Below are positions 56,754 through 64,000 of a stretch of DNA of 64,000 nucleotides, one piece after another. The stretch's first letter is position 1, and the number at the start of each line of letters is the position of its first letter. The stretch spans positions 2,592,001-2,656,000 of the forward strand of contig OZ253470.1 of the NCBI GenBank assembly GCA_965261735.1, written 5' to 3'. The notes under the pieces were generated by a model. That model ran no database searches, was not told the DNA's origin, and worked only from the letters and a program-made list of their open reading frames with translations. The position numbers and the translations under genes were made by a program. The stretch is from Alphaproteobacteria bacterium. Its GTDB lineage: Bacteria; Pseudomonadota; Alphaproteobacteria; SHVV01.

Positions 56754-57902
56754 GTGGATTGATCGGAACGAAAGAGTCCGATTTGAGATTCCGTATTGTG
56801 CGGTGTCATGCGAGTCTGTGCTATGCGCACCGGCATCCATTTTACTGTCACGTCTGGCGACCGTCAGCGATTGCAAGCTATCGTCGCGGACCCGAAGAGC
56901 TCGCAGAAACATGTCTGGCGGGCGCGGATCATCCTGAAGAGCGACGAGGGGCTCGGGAACTCGTCGATCATGGCCGAGACCGGCAAGTCCAAGACCTGTG
57001 TCTGGCGCTGGCAGGAGCGGTTCATGCACGAGGGTGTCAACGGCTTGCTTCGCGACAGGTCCCGTCCGCCTGGCAAAGCGCCGATCCCGCCGGAGCGCGT
57101 CGCCGAGATCGTCCGCCTGACCCAGCAAGCGCCGCCGCATGAGGCGACCCACTGGACGCTGCGCGCGATGGCGAAGGTTGCTGGCGTCGCGGCGTCGACG
57201 GTCCAAGCGATCTGGAAGGCCCATGGCCTCAGCCCGCACCGCTGGCGGCACTTCAAGCTCTCCAATGATCCCGCCTTCGCCGAGAAGCTCACAGATATCG
57301 TCGGCTTGTATGTCGATCCGCCGGCCCATGCCGTGGTGCTGTCGGTTGATGAGAAATCACAGATCCAGGCGCTCGACCGCACCCAACCCGGCTTGCCGAT
57401 GAAGAAGGGCCGCGCCGGTACGATGACCTATGATTACAAACGGCATGGCACGACGACGCTGTTCGCCGCGCTCAACGTGCTGGACGGTACGGTCATCGCA
57501 CAGAACATGCAGCGCCACCGCCATCAGGAGTTCATCCGCTTCCTCAACCGCATCGAGCGCGAGGTGCCGACGGACAAGGCCGTCCACGTCATCCTCGACA
57601 ACTACGCCGCGCACAAGAAGGACAAGGTCCGCGCCTGGCTCGCCCGCCATCCACGCTGGACCTTCCACTTCACGCCAACCTCGTGCTCGTGGCTCAATGC
57701 CGTCGAGGGCTTCTTCGCCAAACTAACGCGGCGCAGGGTCAAATACGGCGTCTTCCAATCCGTCGTCGACCTTCAGGACGCCATCAACCGATTTGTCCGC
57801 GAATACAATGACGCAAACCCAAAACCCTTCATCTGGAAAGCCGACCCCGATCATATCATCGCCGCACGAAACAGAGGGTTCCAAACGTTGGAATCAATCC
57901 AC
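56754..57902 (+). mobile_element. IS630-family element
   Basis: TIR GTGGATTGAT / ATCAATCCAC, TA duplication in a CTAG target. Confidence 0.93.
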
Positions 57903-57905
57903 TAG
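56823..57905 (+). CDS. IS630 transposase
   Basis: MRTGIHF, SVDEKSQIQALDR, YKRHGTTTL, LDNYAAHK, SWLNAVE. Confidence 0.95.
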   Translation: MRTGIHFTVTSGDRQRLQAIVADPKSSQKHVWRARIILKSDEGLGNSSIMAETGKSKTCVWRWQERFMHEGVNGLLRDRSRPPGKAPIPPERVAEIVRLTQQAPPHEATHWTLRAMAKVAGVAASTVQAIWKAHGLSPHRWRHFKLSNDPAFAEKLTDIVGLYVDPPAHAVVLSVDEKSQIQALDRTQPGLPMKKGRAGTMTYDYKRHGTTTLFAALNVLDGTVIAQNMQRHRHQEFIRFLNRIEREVPTDKAVHVILDNYAAHKKDKVRAWLARHPRWTFHFTPTSCSWLNAVEGFFAKLTRRRVKYGVFQSVVDLQDAINRFVREYNDANPKPFIWKADPDHIIAARNRGFQTLESIH

Positions 57906-58412
57906 CTGGGTATCGCAGCGGATAGACTCGCCCAGTTAAGCGGGCCGGGCCCTTGCCAGGGGCGCGCGGGATCGTAGGAGTACACCGCATGAATAACGCC
58001 GGCGCTCGGTAGGTTCCTTGTCCGCGTCCCGGAAGGCCCGGTGTCCTCCACCCGATATACCCAGCTTGACGGATCGGCGGTGGCGCCTGATACAGCCCAA
58101 CCCGACGCCGGGGCCAGCATTAGCTCGCCATCGCCGCCAAGAGAAATCGCCAGCAAGCTTTCGCCTTTGCGGATTAGGTCTCTCCCGATTTGCGAGAGGA
58201 CAAGCGGTGACAGCGCCTCGATAACATCATCCGGCGCATTCTCGACCGCCGCGCTACCAAAGGTTCTCGCCCAAGCACCAGCGGCCGCCTCGACCGCCGC
58301 CGTTGTTGCGGACGGGCTTAACCCGGTAATGGCCAAACTTTCGGCCCCGGCGATTAGGAGATCGGTGTAACTAGCCGCTCGCTTCTCTCGTCTCGACCAA
58401 GGCCAGCGCATC

Positions 58413-58820
58413 TCAGCCCACCACAAGCGCGCGCGGCCGCCGCCAGGGCGCGAGTAGGCCAGCCGCGCCGCTGGACCGCATCACATTGCGAGAAGCACTC
58501 GGCCGCCAGGTCAGCTTAACGACACCGACATCCGTGGGCATAACGTCGGCTGCGGGCGCTTGCCGCATCCAGCCGGCTGCTCTCACGGTCGCCTCGTTCT
58601 TGATAGCGGTTGGCGCGCCGGCCGCGAAACTTTCGACCAAGGCGTTAGCGGCTGAAAGCAATTCCTCGACTTGGGCAATTGGGACATCGCTGGGTATGCG
58701 CAGCCGCGCGCGCAGGTCTTCCGCCGTCAGTCCGCCCACCCCTCCGCCGGACGAGCCACCGGACTGTTGTCTTGGCCCGACAAAGCCGCCGGGTGCTACA
58801 GCCACGGCCGTCGCCTCCAC
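58413..58820 (-). CDS. Probable head-tail connector (gp6-like)
   Basis: LL.AA.ALVE.FA..AP.AIKNEA.VR.AGW...SSGAAGLLAPWR. Confidence 0.6.
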   Translation of the reverse strand: MEATAVAVAPGGFVGPRQQSGGSSGGGVGGLTAEDLRARLRIPSDVPIAQVEELLSAANALVESFAAGAPTAIKNEATVRAAGWMRQAPAADVMPTDVGVVKLTWRPSASRNVMRSSGAAGLLAPWRRPRALVVG

Positions 58821-59389
58821 ACTGTGTCGGGGGTGTTTTGAGCGCGTAGGTCGACCGCCGTCTCCGGATAGGCCGGGCGCGTCACAAGCGACATTTCGTA
58901 CAGTACGGCTTGCCGTATCACCCGGATTTGCACGCCGGGATTACCGGGCTCCGGGATCAGCGCCTCCGCGTTCGGCACTGCGTTTGCAGGCGGAACGGAA
59001 AAACCCGGACTAATGCCGCCGACAAGGCCGGCGTTCAACGCCATAACGGCATCCCTCATCCAGATCGGCTGCTCCGCTTCCTCGGGCAGGTCGGCCTCAA
59101 ACCGAAGCCCATCGTCCCGGTCCTCCAGCCGTAGCGAGCCTCGTCGCTTGCTCGCCAGCGGCCGGTCAAAGCTGTGCCCGCTTAGAAGGTGAATTTCTCG
59201 GGCTTCATCTTCGACTGAAAACGCAAACGCCCTTTGCAAGAACATCTCCTTGCGCACCCGCCCACGGTCTCTCACCGTTGCTCGACTCCGGTACGGAAAC
59301 CTTCCCGACAGGGTCCGGCCCCCGCCGCGTTGCCGCAGCTCAAGGTCTTCCAGCGGGAAGATTGTCCTAATTTCAAGCTCGTCAGTCAT
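58796..59389 (-). CDS. HK97-family prohead protease
   Basis: LSG.FPY, E.F...AF, LL.GH, L.LED..DGLRFEA, G.S.GF, LYEMSLVTRPAYPET. Confidence 0.9.
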   Translation of the reverse strand: MTDELEIRTIFPLEDLELRQRGGGRTLSGRFPYRSRATVRDRGRVRKEMFLQRAFAFSVEDEAREIHLLSGHSFDRPLASKRRGSLRLEDRDDGLRFEADLPEEAEQPIWMRDAVMALNAGLVGGISPGFSVPPANAVPNAEALIPEPGNPGVQIRVIRQAVLYEMSLVTRPAYPETAVDLRAQNTPDTVWRRRPWL

Positions 59390-59669
59390 CGGCCTCAGTC
59401 ACTGTTATTTGGGTGGCTCGCCCCTGGAGGTTGTAGTGCCTCGCATACCAGGGGTTCGGACCCTGTCTAATGAAGCGCCCGGGGCCACCAGCATCGAGCG
59501 AGTGCCCCCCAACGCTTTCCGGATCAGCACCAAGAGCGATAAGAATGTTGTCACCTGACTTCGACGACGGCCCCAATGACAGCAAATATCCCTGGCCATT
59601 TACAAGCGCGAGCGCTGCCGTAATATCGACGGCACCCGCCGGCGGGATCGAAGTGGACCTGGTGGCCAT
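59382..59669 (-). CDS. Hypothetical beta-rich protein (95 aa) between capsid and protease
   Basis: Starts 4 nt after the capsid stop and overlaps the protease start. Confidence 0.6.
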   Translation of the reverse strand: MATRSTSIPPAGAVDITAALALVNGQGYLLSLGPSSKSGDNILIALGADPESVGGHSLDAGGPGRFIRQGPNPWYARHYNLQGRATQITVTEADD

Positions 59670-59673
59670 GACG

Positions 59674-60934
59674 CTAGGTGGCGAACTTGATCCGCGAAAA
59701 ATTTGACGCGCGCGCTAAGCCGAAATTCCAGAGATAGGAAAGGGTCAGCGCGACCTCGCCCTTACTGGCCCCGGAGTAGGGATCGCGCAAAATTTCCCCA
59801 GCGGCCCACACGGCCGCGACGCCCGCGCCTTCGAGCCCGCGGCCGAGGCCGATAAAAGCGCCAAAATCGCCGTTCGCGGTGTTTTCCTCGATCTCGCCCC
59901 GGCTCATCCATGACAGCCCGGCCATGCGAAGGAATGCGGCCAGCGTCATGTTGTCGGCGGTCGAATTGATGATGGTGTTTTCCCACAAGCGCCAAGCGCC
60001 AACACTGGCCACCACGCGAAGATCGCCCAGGCCCATGGCATGGATACCGTCAACTTGCCCGGTAAATGCACCGAGCGTTTCAGGCCCCTTCACCTTGTCC
60101 GCCTGTTTGATTGTCGTTTCGGTGATCGCGGCAGATTGCAAGCCGGTTATATCCGCGTCTGTTCCGGTCGCACCCGCGTCGCCAAGGAAGATTGCGCGGT
60201 CGACGCCCTCTACGAGCGCCATCCGCAAATCGCGCGTTAGCGCCGATTCGAGGCCGGGGATACGGGCCGCGTCCTCGATATTGAACACCAGCCGCACCGC
60301 GTTTCGCTTCGGCTTCATTTCGGTAACGCCGATGGTCCAGGCAGCATCGGCGGTGACTTGGCTCTTGGCCCGCTGCGCCGCGCTCGCCCCTGCCGTGGTC
60401 ACGGGGAAGGACGCGATGCCAGCCGGTACACTCTCCATGGTGATCCCGACGCGCTCGGACGCGGTGCCGGCAAAAAGCCTGTCCAGCCAGCGGCGCGGCG
60501 TGGTCGCGGTGTCGGTGGTCGCGCGGGGTTCGAGGGGTGGCGCAAGCATTTCGAGCGGAAAGCGGTTGCCGGCAATGCCGCGCGCCGCGTTGTATTCGGC
60601 CTCGGCGCCATCGGCAGCTCTTTGCTCGATGGCAGCCGTCACGTAGGCCGGATAATTTAACCCGGCCGCGTAGCTCGCGCAGCTCGCGCTCGTCGGCGGT
60701 CTCGGTGGTCATTGTCGTTTCCCGCGTCTCGGCGGCGGCATCGGCCTCGGCCTCTTCCACCTGGCGGGCCGCGCGGATTTTGCGTTCGAGGTCGGGCGTG
60801 CCTTTTTCGAGCGTGTCGAGTTCTGATCGAGTTTCATCGTTAAGCTCGGCGGTGGCCGCGAGTTCGGCCATGCGTTGGCGCTCGCGGCTCTGGTTGGCGA
60901 GCAATTCGCGAAGACGGCGTTGTGCATCGGTCAT
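59674..60934 (-). pseudogene. HK97-fold major capsid protein with a +1 frameshift at ~60647
   Basis: Coiled-coil delta-like N-terminus (60934) ...GRVKLSG; removing one C gives GYVTAAIEQR... continuing to RDPYSGA..GEV.LT...(59674). Confidence 0.8.
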
Positions 60935-60958
60935 CCGGGGTCTCCCAAAGGTACACTT

Positions 60959-61218
60959 CCTGCCGGCTATATTACGGTATAGCCGCTTTGTAAGTCCATT
61001 TATTTCATCAATATCAATTCATTCATAAGTTTTTCTTATAAATCACTTCAACTAGAGCGCCACGCCGACCCCCGGCGTGGCCCTGCCGGCTATATTACGG
61101 TATAGCCCCTTTGTGTTCCTATTTATTCCGTCAATATCAAAGATTAAACGAGTAATCCTTATAAATCACTTCAACTAGAGCCCGCCACGCCGCGCGCCCC
61201 GGCGTGGCCCTGCCGGCT
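60959..61218. repeat. Diverged tandem duplication (~123-127 bp) upstream of the capsid gene with palindrome GGCTATA-TTACGG-TATAGCC
   Basis: Units start at 60959, 61082 and 61209 (partial); shared CTTATAAATCACTTCAACTAGAGC and GGCGTGGCCCTGCCGGCT. Confidence 0.85.
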
Positions 61219-61418
61219 GCCTCGCCCTCGCGCCGCGACTTGGATATGTGGCAGCCCCGGCAAAGCACCTGGAGGTTGGCCGGGTCGTAGGCCGCACCGC
61301 CCCGCTCCAGTGGCACGATATGATCGACCTCGTTGCCGTAGTCGCCGCACGCCGCGCACCGCCAGCCGTTTTGGTCGAGGACGCGGCGGCGGACACGCGC
61401 CCAGCGGCGGCTGTTTAA
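61137..61418 (-). pseudogene. HNH endonuclease (HK97 gp74-like), start removed by IS insertion
   Basis: Frame absent from the ORF track: RRWARVRRRVL...WRCAAC...EVDHIVPL.RGG...ANLQVLCRGCH; in-frame stop at the IS end. Confidence 0.85.
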
Positions 61419-61420
61419 AC

Positions 61421-62313
61421 CTTACCTATCCGGTTTACACCCACACCCACTAGGGCTAGAATGGGCGCAACCCGGATATAGGGGAGCGCGCCATGGATGT
61501 TCTCGACCGCGCCGATCTCCCATTCCCGCATTCGCTACCCGAGTTCCAGCGACTTTTCCCCGATGATGCGGCCTGCGCCGCCTACCTGGAGAAAGCCCGC
61601 TGGGGAGACGGCTTTGCCTGCCCGCACTGCGGCACGGCGGGAGAGCCGTTCCACTTTGAAAACCGCCCTGGCGTCCTGCGCTGCCGCAAGTGCCGCCAGA
61701 ACACCGGGCTGACGGTGGGAACAGTGATGGAGCGTAGCCACACTCCGCTGAACGTCTGGTTCTGGGCCGCTTATCTGGTCGCCAGTCAGACGCCCGGCAT
61801 GTCCGCCGTGCAGTTTCAGCGGCAACTTGGTCTTTCGCGCTACGAGACGGCCTTTCAAATTCTCCACAAGCTCCGCTCGGGCATGGTGCGGCCCAACCAA
61901 GACAGGATCGGTGGACAGCCCAAGAACCATGTTGAGGTGGACGAAACCTGGGTTGGCGGGCGAACGCGTGGGGAAGGCCGTGGTGTTCACCACAAGGTTC
62001 CCGTCTCCTGTGCCATCGAGGTGCGTCATCGAAAGCCGGGCACCAAGCTCGACAACCGGAAAGACGGACGCTATGCCGGACGCGTTCGGCTCGCCGTCGT
62101 GCTCGACCGTAGCGCCGAGTCGCTCTGTGGGTTCGTCGAGAGCACCGTCGCGCCGCGATCGCTGATCGTTACTGACGATTGGAGCGGCTATGCTGGCCTC
62201 GGTAAGCGCGGCTATGAGCACTTCGCTGTTGCCGAGTGTGGTGATCCAGAGGTTGCCGAGCAATACCTGCCGATCATCCATCTGGTTTTCGCCAACCTGA
62301 AGACGTGGCTGAA
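61421..62313 (+). mobile_element. IS1595-family element, 3'-truncated (transposase 61493-~62313)
   Basis: Left end CTTACCTATCC; RWGDGFACPHC..CRKC, VEVDET, VTDDW, HLVFANLKTWLN then similarity stops; no right TIR seen. Confidence 0.85.
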
Positions 62314-62505
62314 CCGCCCGCCGAAGTGTTTAAGCTCAAACAGGGCGTCACAATTGCCGATCCCGCACGCTGGTGGAGAGCCATTGCCGCCGATATTGCC
62401 GTTGGCCCAGAAGGCCCACGAGCACGGTACGGTGCGCTCCAAGACGATCTGTGGCGGGCCTACAGCATATTTGGGCGAAACCCGGTTCCGACGACCACGC
62501 AATGA
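62314..62505 (+). pseudogene. C-terminal remnant of a satellite replication-region protein
   Basis: FKLKQGVTIADPARWW..IAADIAVGP.GPRARYGALQDDL; 5' part lost at the junction with the IS. Confidence 0.4.
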
Positions 62506-62684
62506 CCGCCGACTGATAGTGGGAGTCGCTTCCTGATGGCAAGTTCAGCGGTCGCGACGATGGTGAGGAGCCGTACACCTCCGACAGTGCGTACTCCAAT
62601 GACCTGCTTCGTCGGCAGGCTGTGTCCCTCAGGATAGGCGCATCCACGAGGCAGGGAGTCGTTGCGAGAGCTTCCATCATCGCC

Positions 62685-64000
62685 TCAGGCCGCCTCTTTC
62701 CCAACGACGAGAATCTCCTGCTCGACATAAGCGCGGAACGCGGCGACGTCGGTGAAGAAGCGCAAGCCCGCGCGGTTGGCGGCCGCTTCAGTATCCTCTG
62801 GCTCGTCGATCAAGAGGGTGACCGGCGCGCTCAGCCCTTCCTGCAACCCATCCGGCCAGGCGAGGTCGAGCACGCCGAACGGCTCGCCGGTTTCCTGATC
62901 GGTCAGCTCGAACAAGAACTCACCCTCCGGAAGTCCCTGCTGCACGACCCACTGGTTGACCTCGATCAGCAGGTCTTCCTCGCTATCTCCGGCGATGCTG
63001 CCGGGTACCGTCGCGACGTCGCGCTCGACAACGGGCATATCGGCCGGCGCTTCCGGCACGTCGCCCTTGCGCAGAGTGGCGAGGAAATCGTTGGCGGCAG
63101 CGGCGAGTAGCTCGCGCCGCGCGGCGAGGAAGTCGGCATAGCGCTCTATACGCCACAGCTCGGGATCGGTCGGGATCCAGTGCGAAATGAGCAATCCTGG
63201 ATCCCTTTCGGCGTAGGCGGCGAGATAAGCGGCCGGGTCCTTATCTGAGACCTTGAGATTGGTGTCCTTGCTCAGGAAGGTGAAGTTGACGAGTGCGTTA
63301 ACGTCCGAGCGGTCGTAGCTGGCCTTGTAGAGCAGCGCCTTGGGGAAGATGTGATGCAGCTCCAGCCGGCTCATGTTACCGAGGAGGTGGCCTTTGAGCT
63401 CTATCCCGGTCTCCCAGTCGCGCGCCTGCCATACACGGGTCAACATGTAGAGCAGCGGATAGAACCGCGCGCTGCGGCTCCAGCCGAGAAAATCGTCGGG
63501 ATGCAGGCGCAGATCGCGGCGGTCCTGGCGCAGCCGGTCTGTCAACCGGTCGAGCCCGCCGTTAGCGTCCTCGATCAGGTCGAGATCTTGGTTCAGCACC
63601 GTCTCCGTCGAGCCAGCGTACCGTCCCCACAGGAAGCTGTGGATGTACCAGTAGAGCAGCGTATCGCGCTCGGCCGGATCGGCGACCGCACCGCCGCGCT
63701 TCTCCAAATAGCGCGCCATCAGCGGCAGTGCGTAGCGCCCACCGAGCACGCGGTCATGGTCGAGGCCGAGGCGCGAGCCGATCAGGTTGAGCAGGGCGTC
63801 GACATGTTTTGTCGCCGTTCCGAGGCCGGCTCGGAACGGCGGCGTGTCGACGTCGGCGAGCGCGCTAAACATTGCCTCGCCCGTCAGCGTCGTAGTAACG
63901 CAGCGCAGCAGCAGCTCGAGGCGGAAATGGTAGCCAGCCTTGGCCCAGTGCTCGAGGCGGCGGTTCATCTCAGCGCGCGCGTCGGGCCAGCCCGCGCACA
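62685..64000 (-). CDS. GmrSD-like (DUF262 family, C-terminal HNH/DUF1524-like) protein, 5' end outside window
   Basis: GRYAGS.ET, ELHHIFPK..L, N.L.NFTFL....N..VSDKDP..YL. Confidence 0.75.
   Translation of the reverse strand, partial: CAGWPDARAEMNRRLEHWAKAGYHFRLELLLRCVTTTLTGEAMFSALADVDTPPFRAGLGTATKHVDALLNLIGSRLGLDHDRVLGGRYALPLMARYLEKRGGAVADPAERDTLLYWYIHSFLWGRYAGSTETVLNQDLDLIEDANGGLDRLTDRLRQDRRDLRLHPDDFLGWSRSARFYPLLYMLTRVWQARDWETGIELKGHLLGNMSRLELHHIFPKALLYKASYDRSDVNALVNFTFLSKDTNLKVSDKDPAAYLAAYAERDPGLLISHWIPTDPELWRIERYADFLAARRELLAAAANDFLATLRKGDVPEAPADMPVVERDVATVPGSIAGDSEEDLLIEVNQWVVQQGLPEGEFLFELTDQETGEPFGVLDLAWPDGLQEGLSAPVTLLIDEPEDTEAAANRAGLRFFTDVAAFRAYVEQEILVVGKEAA

Larger units (their letters stand above)
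56404..58411 (-). pseudogene. Portal protein interrupted by IS630, plus an internal frameshift/deletion
   Basis: N-part MRWPWSRREKRA...GRDLIRKGE...DPARPWQG.GPL; C-part ..LKALKGGL...RLGP...ACGVP...RESWRQF; halves remain out of frame after IS removal. Confidence 0.75.
49565..61420 (-). mobile_element. Capsid-forming, tail-less phage satellite (cf-PICI-like) at tRNA-Ile, decayed; far boundary not seen
   Basis: int-xis-orf-ori-terL-portal-connector-protease-orf-capsid-HNH all on the minus strand; no tail, lysis, TerS or primase genes recognised. Confidence 0.8.

Noticed and set aside
61171-61396. Track ORFs 61171..61359 and 61175..61396
   Set aside because: Wrong frames; the HNH is in the third minus frame.
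62327-62334. TGTTTAAG as the right TSD of the last IS
   Set aside because: Imperfect match to GTTTAAAC and no right TIR before it.
49565-64000. attR duplicate of the tRNA 3' end
   Set aside because: No copy of CCTGCCCGGCCCACCA found by eye in the window; boundary left open.

Overview
High-GC alphaproteobacterial (Rhodospirillales-like) chromosome segment with three zones. (1) 1-~9360: right part of an integrated satellite-like element (P4-type tyrosine integrase, AlpA, split primase-helicase/DUF3631). It carries a ~3.7x tandem 506-bp array of the primase 3' end with its palindromic origin-like repeats, a 387-bp transposase-less IS1595-type cassette with an 8-bp target duplication, an IS21 remnant and a second, degenerate primase. 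(2) ~9440-49420: housekeeping backbone (hslVU, his cluster, nth, ada, dapB, dnaKJ-grpE-hrcA, rph-rdgB-hemW, rsmI-yraN, gshB-pyrE, carA, yqeY-dnaG-rpoD) with a LexA-boxed VOC gene and a Fic module cut by a deletion. (3) 49488-64000: tRNA-Ile(CAT) followed by a decayed capsid-forming, tail-less satellite (int, xis, free-standing iteron origin, terL, portal, connector, HK97 protease, capsid, HNH; no primase or TerS seen). Four IS insertions hit its packaging genes, and a GmrSD-like gene runs off the window end. All calls come from reading the sequence and translations by eye; no searches were run.
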